The notes beneath the pieces were generated by a model. That model was not told where the DNA came from, ran no database searches, and worked only from the letters and a program-made list of their open reading frames with translations. From NCBI GenBank assembly GCA_964568665.1, contig CAZMPY010000005.1, positions 196,330 to 260,329 on the forward strand: a stretch of DNA of 64,000 bases, written 5' to 3'. Source of the DNA: an uncultured Thermoplasmata archaeon. Its GTDB lineage: Archaea; Thermoplasmatota; Thermoplasmata; UBA10834. Position numbers and translations under genes: made by a program. Each line of letters starts with the position of its first letter. Within the stretch, counting starts at the first letter, position 1. Positions 52,055 through 61,769 of this stretch are shown piece by piece.

Positions 52055-52750
52055 ATGGCGCACATTCACCTCGAGGACGGCGCGTTCTCACCCCTGTGGG
52101 TCATAGTATGGTCCCTGCTCGCCGCGGGGGCCATGACCGTCGTCCTCTACACGCTGAGAGGCGGGAAGATGTCCCCCAGGAAGCTCGCGATCGCAGCCAT
52201 GTGCACATCCGTCGGCTTCGCGGTCTTCCAGGTGAGCATACCGATCTTCGGCGGGATCCACCTCAACCTGACCCCCCTGATAGGGATACTCGCAGGACCG
52301 GCGCTCGGGAGCATCTCGGTCCTGGCGATCAACGTGTTCAGCGCGGCCGTGGGCCACGGCGGCTGGGGGATGATCGGCCCGAACACGCTCGTGAACATGG
52401 TCGAGGTCATCCTCGGATACTACGGCTACCGCCTCATCAGGGCGAGGATGCGGATGGACAGGTTCACGGCAGGGGCTGCCGCAGCCACTCTGGCTCTGAC
52501 CGTGAGCGCGCTCATGATCGTCGGGATCGTGGTGGTCTCGGGCCTGCAGGACTCCGAGAACACGGCACAGGAGACGCTCAGGAACATGCTCCTGCTGGCA
52601 GGCGTGAACATCGCGGTCGGCGTGGTCGAAGGGTTCGTCACAGGTTACATCGTGTCTTTCATCGGAAGGATCCGCCCGGACCTCCTCGCGGACGCGGAGA
52701 GGGGGGCGGCCAAGGGCAACCCAGCGGCGGAGGCTCGGCCAGATGCCTGA
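52055..52750 (+). CDS. cbiM: cobalt ECF transporter substrate component CbiM
   Basis: MAHIHLEDGAFSP... N-terminus typical of CbiM/NikM, 7 TM. Operon with cbiN/Q/O. Confidence 0.8.
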   Translation: MAHIHLEDGAFSPLWVIVWSLLAAGAMTVVLYTLRGGKMSPRKLAIAAMCTSVGFAVFQVSIPIFGGIHLNLTPLIGILAGPALGSISVLAINVFSAAVGHGGWGMIGPNTLVNMVEVILGYYGYRLIRARMRMDRFTAGAAAATLALTVSALMIVGIVVVSGLQDSENTAQETLRNMLLLAGVNIAVGVVEGFVTGYIVSFIGRIRPDLLADAERGAAKGNPAAEARPDA

Positions 52751-53024
52751 GGAGATGTCCCGGGGGAGGCTTGCGATATACGTCCTGATGGCCGCCGCCG
52801 CGGTGCTGGGCGTGCTCGCCGTCGTGGTCACAGGCAACATGAGCATGGAGGACAGGTACGCCAACGCCACAGGCGCCAACACGACGGGAGAGGAAGAGGG
52901 CGGAGGGTTCCTGGGGTTCTCGCTCGAGGCGGAGCTGGTAGGGTTCGTGGTCATCTGCGCCGTGCTCGCAGTCGTCTCCGTCCTGGCGCTGAGACAGCTC
53001 AGACGGAAGGAAGGGGAGGGATGA
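52743..53024 (+). CDS. cbiN: cobalt transport protein CbiN
   Basis: 93 aa, two TM helices, overlaps cbiM by 8 nt. Confidence 0.65.
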   Translation: MPEEMSRGRLAIYVLMAAAAVLGVLAVVVTGNMSMEDRYANATGANTTGEEEGGGFLGFSLEAELVGFVVICAVLAVVSVLALRQLRRKEGEG

Positions 53025-53036
53025 AGGTGGGTCCGG

Positions 53037-53867
53037 ATGTCGACTAGGTCCTACTCGAAGCATGTGCCCGACTTCAGGCTCGTGACGCACTATGCGGAGT
53101 CCGGGAGGAGCGCGGTCCACGCGATGAACCCCTGGACGAAGGCGGTCCTCCTCGCGCTCGTGGTCGCGTTCGCCACCGTGCTGGTCGACATCTACCTGCT
53201 GGCCATGATGTTCGCGCTGACGATCCTGTTCTACGCGGCCGGGCGGCTGCCGATCAGGGTCCTGATCGGCTGGTATGCGCTCCCTGTGTCGTTCGTGGTC
53301 ACCCTCGCCATCATGTTCGTGTTCACCGAACCAGGCAACGAGGTCGCGGGCCTCGACCTGGGCTGGTTCCGGATCGCGGTGACGGACCACGGGCTGGAGC
53401 TGCTGATCAAGCTGCTGCTCCGTGCGCTGGCAGTCGTCACGTTCTCGCTCACGGTCTTCATGACCACGCGCTACAGCCATGTGGCGCACATGGCCCACAG
53501 GGTCCTGCCCGGCCCCATCGCGACCGTGTTCCTCCTGTCCTACAGGTTCATGTATGTCTCCTCGGACGAGGTCACCGACGTCGTGGACGCCATGAACACC
53601 AGGAGCGGGAGCCTGGCAAGGGGCATCGTCAGGCAGACCCGCATGTACGCGGGAATCTTCGGAATATCCTTCGTGCACGCTTTCGAGAGGGCCGAGGACA
53701 TCGCGAAGGCCATGGAGTCCCGGGGGTTCACCGGCCAGTTCCCGGTGTCGGAGCACATCCCCGGTCCCACGTGGCGCGGATACGCCCTCATCACGCTCGT
53801 GCTGGTCTGCCTGGGCGTAGTCACATATTCAAGATACTTCGACCCACAGTTGATAGGATGGTGGTAG
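53037..53867 (+). CDS. cbiQ: ECF transporter transmembrane (T) component CbiQ
   Basis: Polytopic, conserved ...SYRFMYV... / ARG-containing coupling helices. Confidence 0.7.
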   Translation: MSTRSYSKHVPDFRLVTHYAESGRSAVHAMNPWTKAVLLALVVAFATVLVDIYLLAMMFALTILFYAAGRLPIRVLIGWYALPVSFVVTLAIMFVFTEPGNEVAGLDLGWFRIAVTDHGLELLIKLLLRALAVVTFSLTVFMTTRYSHVAHMAHRVLPGPIATVFLLSYRFMYVSSDEVTDVVDAMNTRSGSLARGIVRQTRMYAGIFGISFVHAFERAEDIAKAMESRGFTGQFPVSEHIPGPTWRGYALITLVLVCLGVVTYSRYFDPQLIGWW

Positions 53868-53870
53868 GCC

Positions 53871-54740
53871 ATGACGGTTGCGTCCGCAGATTGTGATGTG
53901 TGTGGCAAGGGCGGAGAACAGGCGATAGTCCACGTGGACTGCGTGTCCCACAGGTACCCGGACGGCACCCAGGGGATACACAACATGTGCTTCAGGGTCT
54001 ACCCGAGGGAGATAGTCGCCCTGTGCGGCCCCAACGGCGCCGGCAAGTCTACCCTCATCGAGCACATCAACGGACTCATGGTCCCCGACGTGGGCAGGGT
54101 CCGCATCTTCGGGACCGAGATGGACAAGAAGAACGTCGCATCGATCCGGAAGATGGTCGGGCTGGTGTTCCAGAAGGCCGATTCTCAACTGTTCTCGCCG
54201 ACCGTGCTCGAGGATGTCATGTTCGGCCCGCTCAACCTGGGCATGTCCGAGAAGGATGCGAGGGAGCGGGCGCTCTGGGCGCTGGACATCGTAGGGATGA
54301 AGGAGACGGGCAAGATACCGCACTACCTGAGCGGCGGCCAGAAGAGGCTAGTGGCCATCGCGGGCGTGCTGGCAATGAGCCCGAAGATACTCGTGGCGGA
54401 CGAGCCCACGGGCGACCTCGACCCGTCGAACGCGCGGAGGATCGAGGAGCTGCTCCGCATGCTCAGGGACAAGCACGGCATCAGCGTGGTCGTCGCGCTG
54501 CACGACCTGGACATGGCCGCGAGGCTCGCGGACCGCATATGCATAGTCAAGGGCGGCAGCGTCCTCGCCGAGGGGAAGCCCGCGGACATACTCTACGACG
54601 AGGCGCTCCTCGGATCTGCCGGGCTGGAGCCTCCGACTGTCGCGAAGCTGTTCATGCGCCTGGGGCTCGGCAAGGTCTACGACACGAGACCGCTCAGCAT
54701 AGAGGAGCTCCTGCCGATGGTCAAGGCGGCCAGGGCCTGA
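53871..54740 (+). CDS. cbiO: ECF/cobalt ABC transporter ATPase CbiO
   Basis: LCGPNGAGKST, LSGGQKRLVAIAG, LVADEPTGDLD. Confidence 0.85.
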   Translation: MTVASADCDVCGKGGEQAIVHVDCVSHRYPDGTQGIHNMCFRVYPREIVALCGPNGAGKSTLIEHINGLMVPDVGRVRIFGTEMDKKNVASIRKMVGLVFQKADSQLFSPTVLEDVMFGPLNLGMSEKDARERALWALDIVGMKETGKIPHYLSGGQKRLVAIAGVLAMSPKILVADEPTGDLDPSNARRIEELLRMLRDKHGISVVVALHDLDMAARLADRICIVKGGSVLAEGKPADILYDEALLGSAGLEPPTVAKLFMRLGLGKVYDTRPLSIEELLPMVKAARA

Positions 54741-54797
54741 GCTGCCTGAAGGAATGAAAAGAAGAGGGTTGAAAAGGGTTTCCTCGTCCGCCTGACC

Positions 54798-57700
54798 TCA
54801 GAGTTCTTCGTCCTCTGGGGGCGCTGGCGGCACGTCCTCCACATCCTCGTCCTCATCGACCTTCGACGGGGTCCGGCCCTTGCCCTTCCCCATCGTGAGG
54901 AGCACGACGCCTGCGACCACGACGACGGCGACGACCACGAGCAGCCACCAGTAGTTCTCGATGAAGGTCTTGGACGACTCCTGGACCGTTATCTCGACGG
55001 TGTCCGTGTCGGAGAGGTCGTCGGCGTCGGTCACGGTCAGCGTGACCGTGTAGGTGCCTGCGACATCGAACACGAAGGTCGGCGCGGCGCCGTACAGCGT
55101 CACTGTCGAGCCGTCGTATGTGAAGGTCCAGGTGTAGTTCGTCACCTCGACATCGTCGGTCGATCCCGCTCCGTCGAAGGTCACGGTGCCGCCCGCGCTC
55201 GCCGTCTGGTCGATACCAGCGTCAGCCAAGGGCGCCTCGTTGGACGCAGCCACTCTGACCGTCACCGTGTCGATGTCGGTTTGGCCTTCAGCGTCCGTGA
55301 CGGTCAGCGTGACTACGAACTCACCTTCGTTGAGGAACTCGTAGTCCGGGGTCTCGCCAGTGAGCTCCTGGTCCGTCACGTCGGTGAATGTCCAGGTGTA
55401 ATCGACGATATCGACGTCGTCACTCGAGCCAGAGCCGTCGAAGGTGTGTGTATCGCCGGCCGTGATCTCAGCATCCTCGCCCGCATCGGCCACCGGAGGC
55501 TCTGTGTGCACCACAGTCACTGTCATCGTGTCCGTCGCCCAGTTGCCGTCGGAGTCCGTCACGTTCAGCGTGACGACGCACTCGCCCAGCGCTTCGAAGA
55601 CATGGTACGGGGTCGGGCCGGTGAGTGTGACCTCGCCAGTGCCGTCGTCGAACGTCCAGACATAGTCCGCAATCACGCCGTTGTCCGTCGAGCTAGTGCC
55701 GTCGAAGGTCACGTTCGCGTTCGCGCTGACCGTCTGGTCGGCGCCCGCGTCCGCGATCGGGTCGGTCGTGTCCGTCACGGTGACGACCATGACATCCGCC
55801 GGGTCCGACGCCTGGCCGATCGTGTCATTCACGGTCAGCCAGACCTGGTACGTCCCCGGTTCGGTGAAGGTGTACTCCGGGGAGACGCCGTACAGTTCTA
55901 CGTCCTCGGACTCGATGTACCACGTGTAGTTGACTATGTCGACATCGTCCTCGGATGCCGAGCCGTCGAACGTCACAGGGGTGTCTTCGGGGATGGTCTG
56001 GTCCGGTCCCGCGTCCGCCACCGGTGGCACGTCGTCGACGACGGTGACTACCACCGTGTCGGTGTCCGAGTATCCTGCTGCGTCCGTCACGGTCAGGTCG
56101 CAGACGTAGTCGCCGGTCTCGTCTGGCGTGAGGACTATCGTCTCCGTGGAGTACAGCATGACGTCGCCGGTCGGGTCCTCGACGGACCATGAGTAGTCGA
56201 CCACTCCGACGTTGTCCGTCGACCCACTGCCATCCACGGTTACGTCGGTGTTCACCACGGCTTCTGAATCGGCACCGGCATCTGCGACCGGCGGGTCGTT
56301 GTCCACCGTGAAGTTCACGAACACGTAGTCAGCGTGCTGTGCCCAGTCCTCTGCCACGAGGGCGGCCTTACAGCTCCCGCTCGGAACGAGCCCGACATTC
56401 GTCGCCGTCAGCGTGTCGACGTCCATCGGCTCCAGGTAGGGATTCGTCATCGTGATTGGGTTCCACCCGGACGCCTCGCTGAACACCATGACCATCGCCA
56501 TCGGGGCGAATGTGCCAGGGTCGAGGGGCGCGGTCGAGACCAAGGGGCTCGGATCATTGGACACGAAGTACGCCACCGCGCCCGTGGTCCTGTTGAACGT
56601 CATCTGACCAAAGGTGTCCCCGCTCGAGTTCGAGCACATTCCATTGACCGCGTAGTACTGGTTGCCGTCCATCCATGTCTCCCAGTACATCAGGGCCTGG
56701 GTGATGGTCCCATCGTCGAGCGTCAGAATGTTGGGCACGGTGCTGTCCCATGCGAAGTCCACCTCGTACAGGTCGCTCGCCATATGTGAGTAGACTAGGC
56801 TGTCCGTGATGTATCCGTACGGGTCGGTGCTCGCCTGCCGGTGCTCGAGCATGGTGTAATTCGCGAACGACGCGCTGGAGTTGTACTCCTGCAGCGTGAA
56901 CCAAGTGAGCGTCCGCAGGTCCTCCTCGATGACGGTGCCGAACATCGCGGCGGGATTGTACACACTCACGCTCTCGGCCGGGTCGACCGAGAAGTCCACC
57001 ACTGGTCCGACAGTGTCGGAGGCGAGCGGGAGCTGCAGTTCGTAGTCCGTGACCGATGTCGTGTCAATCTGGTCGAACGCGGCCATGTGATCGTTCGCCC
57101 AGGCCGTCACGCGGACGTCCGCGTAGTTCGGGACCCACATCTCGTAGTAGCCAGTCTCGTTCGACATGGTCGTGTTCTCGTAATAGGCGTCCAGTATGGA
57201 GACACGTATGGTCGCCCAAGGCACCGGGGTGAGACCGGATTCCTCCGTGGTGTTGCCCCACAGCAGGCACTCCGCCGGCGGGACATTCGGGATGAGGTCG
57301 ACATCGTGCGTCTCCGTGCCCATCTCGGGGGTCGTCACTGAGGAGGAGTACATCTCATAGTCCGGAGCGTTGACCTGGAACCAGTAATCGCCGTCAGGCA
57401 GGTCGAATGTGTACCAGCCGGAGGCATCTGTGTACGTGCTTTCGTAGGTCGGTCCCCAGACCTCGACGAACGCACCCTCCACGGGTGTGCCGTTGTAGAA
57501 GTTGGTGACCGTCCCCTCCAGGACCGAGTTCACGTACGGCACCAGGGAGATGTTGTACCAGTTCAGGAGGCCCGACGTCAGGTCGACGGTGTCCTCGTAG
57601 TACTTGTAGTCCATGGACCAGACGCTCACGTCGTATGTGCCAGCGACCATGTCCGCGTAGTAGCTCCCATTGGGTGCGGAATTGGTGTACATCTCGAACG

Positions 57701-59000
57701 AGTCGCTCTGCATGTGGATGTTCACTCCCTCGATCGGGAGGAGTGTCACAGCATCCATTACCTCGCCAGTGACGGCGCAGTCGATAGGCCAGAGTCCGAA
57801 GTCCATCCAGAGGTCTGCCCCTGATGGCATGTCCATCTGGGAGTAATTCCTGGAATACCCTTCGGCCTCGGCCATTACGAAGACCCCGTCGCCAGAGGCG
57901 CCGAACGTCCCGAGCTCGTACGCGCCCGACGAGTCGGTCATGGCCATCGAATACCATCGCGCCCAGTCCACTCCGGACACCATCTGCAGCACGCGCGCCC
58001 CTTCGAGGGGGCTGTCGTCGGTGAGGTCGGTGACGTTCCCGCGCATCATCCCGTCGAGGACCATCAGGTTGGGGTTCCATTCGAGCATCTGCCCTTCGCT
58101 GATGTCCCAGTTCAGCTGGTAGCTGGCATAGCCTCCCTTGGCCCAAGTAATCTCGGCCGAGCCGTTGGTGATGTTCACGAAGTAGTAGCCGTCGGAGTCA
58201 GTGAATGTGTAGTTGGAGAACTCACCGTCCGTGTTCTGGGTCCTGATCGAGACGACGACCCCGCCAATCGGGGTCCCCACTCCATCGAATACCTGGCCGT
58301 ACACCATGCAGTCGTCGTTGTACGCAGCCGGCTCGAGGGTGATGTTGAACCAGTACGAGGTCATGCTGACCAACGGATCATCGGTCTCGTTGCCGGCCAT
58401 GTTGTATCCAGGCCAATCCATCAGGATGGCGCCGCCGCCACCTGCGCTTGCGATGACATCGACCTCGAAGTAGCCGCCACCGTCGGTCAGGGTCACCGCG
58501 CCGTAGAATGGCATGTCCCCGCTCATCGGGTCCATGGATATCCCGACGACCGTAGCGGTGGTGACAGGCGACCCGCCATCGTCAATCACATAGCCCATGA
58601 TGGTGACGTCGCGGGATTCCGATATCAGCGTGAGGGTGAAATCGCAGCTCACGGTCTCGCCTGGACCTACAGAGACCATCTCCATCGCGAAGTAGTAGTC
58701 CTCGTGGACGGACATGACCATCAGGTCGAACCCTCCCGGGACGCCGATCTCGTAGTAGCCGGCGGAGTCGGTGAAGTCCGATGCCAGCTCGATGCCATCA
58801 GCCAGCATCAGCATGCCCTTGACATATGCGTTCTCGATCGGATCCGAGCCATCGGTGACATACCCGTTGATGACCGCATCGGCGGGCGGTAGGTCGGCGC
58901 CGTCGGCCGCAGGGGCGTAGACCAGCAGACCTGCCATCAGGGACAGGCACAGAAACACGGACACGGTACTTTTCGTAGAGAGCTCTCTTTCTTCGGTCAA
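54798..59000 (-). CDS. giant (1400 aa) secreted surface protein: carboxypeptidase-regulatory-like beta-sandwich repeats, 5-6 tandem PKD domains, C-terminal TM anchor and acidic tail
   Basis: TTG start with GAGGAG 6 nt upstream. Signal peptide (MTEERELSTKSTVSVFLCLSLMAGLLVYAPAADG). Repeated GYYE/GWYTF beta-sandwich units. Tandem ~85-aa PKD repeats (PPVADAG...VTFDGSGS...DVDIVDYTW...TVTDA...). TM WWLLVVVAVVVVAGVVLL and tail EDEDVEDVPPAPPEDEEL. Many N-glyc sequons. Confidence 0.75.
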   Translation of the reverse strand: MTEERELSTKSTVSVFLCLSLMAGLLVYAPAADGADLPPADAVINGYVTDGSDPIENAYVKGMLMLADGIELASDFTDSAGYYEIGVPGGFDLMVMSVHEDYYFAMEMVSVGPGETVSCDFTLTLISESRDVTIMGYVIDDGGSPVTTATVVGISMDPMSGDMPFYGAVTLTDGGGYFEVDVIASAGGGGAILMDWPGYNMAGNETDDPLVSMTSYWFNITLEPAAYNDDCMVYGQVFDGVGTPIGGVVVSIRTQNTDGEFSNYTFTDSDGYYFVNITNGSAEITWAKGGYASYQLNWDISEGQMLEWNPNLMVLDGMMRGNVTDLTDDSPLEGARVLQMVSGVDWARWYSMAMTDSSGAYELGTFGASGDGVFVMAEAEGYSRNYSQMDMPSGADLWMDFGLWPIDCAVTGEVMDAVTLLPIEGVNIHMQSDSFEMYTNSAPNGSYYADMVAGTYDVSVWSMDYKYYEDTVDLTSGLLNWYNISLVPYVNSVLEGTVTNFYNGTPVEGAFVEVWGPTYESTYTDASGWYTFDLPDGDYWFQVNAPDYEMYSSSVTTPEMGTETHDVDLIPNVPPAECLLWGNTTEESGLTPVPWATIRVSILDAYYENTTMSNETGYYEMWVPNYADVRVTAWANDHMAAFDQIDTTSVTDYELQLPLASDTVGPVVDFSVDPAESVSVYNPAAMFGTVIEEDLRTLTWFTLQEYNSSASFANYTMLEHRQASTDPYGYITDSLVYSHMASDLYEVDFAWDSTVPNILTLDDGTITQALMYWETWMDGNQYYAVNGMCSNSSGDTFGQMTFNRTTGAVAYFVSNDPSPLVSTAPLDPGTFAPMAMVMVFSEASGWNPITMTNPYLEPMDVDTLTATNVGLVPSGSCKAALVAEDWAQHADYVFVNFTVDNDPPVADAGADSEAVVNTDVTVDGSGSTDNVGVVDYSWSVEDPTGDVMLYSTETIVLTPDETGDYVCDLTVTDAAGYSDTDTVVVTVVDDVPPVADAGPDQTIPEDTPVTFDGSASEDDVDIVNYTWYIESEDVELYGVSPEYTFTEPGTYQVWLTVNDTIGQASDPADVMVVTVTDTTDPIADAGADQTVSANANVTFDGTSSTDNGVIADYVWTFDDGTGEVTLTGPTPYHVFEALGECVVTLNVTDSDGNWATDTMTVTVVHTEPPVADAGEDAEITAGDTHTFDGSGSSDDVDIVDYTWTFTDVTDQELTGETPDYEFLNEGEFVVTLTVTDAEGQTDIDTVTVRVAASNEAPLADAGIDQTASAGGTVTFDGAGSTDDVEVTNYTWTFTYDGSTVTLYGAAPTFVFDVAGTYTVTLTVTDADDLSDTDTVEITVQESSKTFIENYWWLLVVVAVVVVAGVVLLTMGKGKGRTPSKVDEDEDVEDVPPAPPEDEEL

Positions 59001-59216
59001 GACGATCTCCTCACAGCAATAAGCTCTGGACGTCCTTGGGGGAAGGGCATCCCGCTCAGTCGTCGTACCGCTATGTTGGGTATATACAGTTGCCGCGGGT
59101 GCGCGCGAGCGTGCGTACGCGCGCTCATGATTCGCGATGGTGGATGATGCGATGCACATCTGGCCAGGTCAAGTCTAAATATCCTGCAGGTCCATAGTGC
59201 CCATCCGGTCAAGACC

Positions 59217-59792
59217 ATGGCGCGCAAGGGCAAACATATCCCGAGGAAGCTCCTGTCTAGCGATGAGAATGTGGTCTGGGAATCCAGGCCCAGCGGGCTG
59301 AAGTTCATGGTCAGCGCCAGCCTCGTGATGTTCATCGGGCTCGCCGCGCTGGTCGTCTACGCGCTCGATTCGTTCGCCGAGGATGTCTCCATCCCGTACC
59401 TGACGGAGCAACTTGACGGAGAGTACGGTGAGTACATCGGCTACCTGCTCCTGATGGTGTTCGTGCTGGCGCTCGTCTACTTCATAGTCAAGTGGATGAG
59501 GTGGGGAAGCACGGTGTACGCGGTCACCGACGAGAGGATCATCACGCAGAAGGGGATCCTGAGCAAGGACTACGACGACATCGAACTGCCGATGATCTCG
59601 AGCGTGGACGTCCACCAACCATTCTCGAAGAGGATGCTCGGGTACGGCACGATAAGGTTCTCGATGTCCGGGTCCGCTGGAAAGAAGGACACCGTCGTCT
59701 GGGAGTGGGTCCCCGATCCGCTCGGCGTAAGGCGGAAGGTCCAAGAGGTAATGGACATCCGCGTGAAGCCGAAGAACGACCGCGACACCTGA
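59217..59792 (+). CDS. bacterial-type PH-domain (bPH_2/YdbT-like) membrane protein
   Basis: Two TM helices followed by a PH-like domain (...VYAVTDERIITQKG...). TATA-like TCTAAATATCC ~35 nt upstream. Confidence 0.55.
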   Translation: MARKGKHIPRKLLSSDENVVWESRPSGLKFMVSASLVMFIGLAALVVYALDSFAEDVSIPYLTEQLDGEYGEYIGYLLLMVFVLALVYFIVKWMRWGSTVYAVTDERIITQKGILSKDYDDIELPMISSVDVHQPFSKRMLGYGTIRFSMSGSAGKKDTVVWEWVPDPLGVRRKVQEVMDIRVKPKNDRDT

Positions 59793-59929
59793 ATTGTCGG
59801 GGCAACGACCACACCCCGGACGCCTTACCATAAACGCCATTAGTGCACACTGCCATTACTGATGGTGTTCGGGAGCTGGTGGGCGTGGTAGCAGCAGATG
59901 TTCTGAGGCAGGGGCCAGGCAGGGCATTC

Positions 59930-61768
59930 ATGCTCTGCAACGAAGCGATCGTGAGAGGGGCCATCGAGTCCGATGTCAAGGTCGTCGCGGCGTATCCCGG
60001 CTCTCCGACCACGGAGATCCTGGACACTTTCTCGGAGGTCTCCCCGCACTTCGATTACAGGATGGAGATATCGTCCAACGAGAAGGTGGCGCTCGAGACC
60101 TGTGCCGGGGCGTCCATGGTCGGGATGAGGTCCATCACGAGCATGAAGAGCGTCGGACTGAACGTCGCGTCCGACTCGTTCTACTCACTATCATACACGG
60201 GTGTCAAGGGAGGCATGGTGATCGCGGTCGCCGACGACCCGCAGGCACATTCGTCCCAGAGCGAGCAGGACGGGAGATGGTTCGCGCCGACCGCCTATGT
60301 CCCGATGCTCGAACCGTCGGACCCGACGGAGGCGATGCGCATGGTGAAGGCCGCGTTCGGGATCTCCGAAAGGCACGGGGTCCCGGTCCTGCTCCGCACC
60401 ACGACCAGGGTCAACCACCAGAGTGGCATCGTCGAGTTCGGGGGAATCGAGCGCAAGCCGTTCACCAAGCTGCCCTGGTCCCACGGGATGGGCAGGTTCA
60501 TCACGGTGGCCGACTCGGCCCGGGCGTTCAAGCTCGCCCTGCTTGAGAGGACCACGAAGCTAGAGGAGGAGTTCGAGCTGTCGGACCTGAACTCCGTGAT
60601 TGACACGGGCTCGGATGTTGGCATAGTGACCAGCGGGGCAGGGTACAACTACGCGGTCGATGCGGCGCGGATACTGGGCATCACGCCGTCCGTCCTGAAG
60701 CTCGGGACGACCTACCCGCTGCCCAGGAAGCTCATCGGGAAGTTCATCAGTAAGCTCAAGACGGTCATCGTGGTCGAGGAGCTCTCGCCCTACCTGGAGA
60801 CCAACTTGACCGTCATCGCCAAGGACGCGAACCCCGGCCTCCGGATAGTCGGCAAGCGGTCAGGACATTTCAGCGAGGCGTTCGAGTACAACCCGAACAT
60901 CGTCGTCCAGGGCATGGCCGAAGCGCTCGAGCTGCAGCCGCCAGTCGACTACGGCGCGGTGTTAGCGAAGGCAGACGAGCTCAAGGCTGGCCTGCCGGAC
61001 CGCCCGCCGACATTCTGCCCCGGCTGCCCGCACAGGGCGAGCCTGTGGGCGCTCAGGCAGGCGCTCAAGGGGACGAGGCACATCCTGTCCACTGACATCG
61101 GCTGCTACTCGATGAGCTTCCTCAAGCCCGTGGGGTTCGGCGACTCGTTGCTCAGCATGGGCGCGAGCCTCGGCGTCGCCGCGGGCATGCAATATGCGGC
61201 TCAGGAGAAGGTCGTCGCGATGATCGGAGACTCGACATTCTATCACGCCGGGCTGCCAGGCATGGTCAACGCGATACACCACGGGGACGACATCACGCTC
61301 GTGCTGCTCGACAACGAGGTCACCGCCATGACCGGCCAGCAGGTCAACCCTGGCTCCGACACGACCGCGGGCGGGCGCCCGGCCAAGAGGCTCGTGCTCG
61401 AGAACGTCATCCGGGGCATGGGCCTGGACGACATCACCATAGTCGACCCGTACGACGTCAAGAACGCCGTCGGACCCATGAAGGAAGCGCTGGCCAGGAA
61501 GGGCCCCAATGTCATCATATCGAGGAGGGCGTGCGCCCTGTACGCGGACCGGCTCAAGAGGAAACGCGGGGAGACGATCGGGTCCAACAGGGTCGAGAAG
61601 GAGGCCTGCAAGAAACCGTACGCGTGCATACGCCAGTTCAACTGCCCCGCGATCTCGATCGACGACGACGACCGGAAGGCGGGGATAGCGAAGGAGCTGT
61701 GCGACAAGTGCGACGTCTGCGCGAAGATATGCCCGTTCGGTTCGATCGGGCCGAGGGAGGGGGAGTGA
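59930..61768 (+). CDS. iorA: indolepyruvate:ferredoxin oxidoreductase alpha subunit
   Basis: MLCNEAIVRGAIESDV..., TPP-binding GDSTFYHAG, C-terminal 2x[4Fe-4S] (CKKPYACIRQFNCPA...CDKCDVCAKICP). Upstream GTG/ATG alternatives at 59867/59843. Confidence 0.85.
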   Translation: MLCNEAIVRGAIESDVKVVAAYPGSPTTEILDTFSEVSPHFDYRMEISSNEKVALETCAGASMVGMRSITSMKSVGLNVASDSFYSLSYTGVKGGMVIAVADDPQAHSSQSEQDGRWFAPTAYVPMLEPSDPTEAMRMVKAAFGISERHGVPVLLRTTTRVNHQSGIVEFGGIERKPFTKLPWSHGMGRFITVADSARAFKLALLERTTKLEEEFELSDLNSVIDTGSDVGIVTSGAGYNYAVDAARILGITPSVLKLGTTYPLPRKLIGKFISKLKTVIVVEELSPYLETNLTVIAKDANPGLRIVGKRSGHFSEAFEYNPNIVVQGMAEALELQPPVDYGAVLAKADELKAGLPDRPPTFCPGCPHRASLWALRQALKGTRHILSTDIGCYSMSFLKPVGFGDSLLSMGASLGVAAGMQYAAQEKVVAMIGDSTFYHAGLPGMVNAIHHGDDITLVLLDNEVTAMTGQQVNPGSDTTAGGRPAKRLVLENVIRGMGLDDITIVDPYDVKNAVGPMKEALARKGPNVIISRRACALYADRLKRKRGETIGSNRVEKEACKKPYACIRQFNCPAISIDDDDRKAGIAKELCDKCDVCAKICPFGSIGPREGE

Positions 61769-61769
61769 C

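Noticed and set aside
52088-53756. Long minus ORFs across cbiMNQ
   Set aside because: Antisense to an intact cbiMNQO operon.
57394-58146. Plus/minus alternative-frame ORFs inside giant surface gene 2
   Set aside because: Internal to a continuous 1400-aa reading frame with domain structure.
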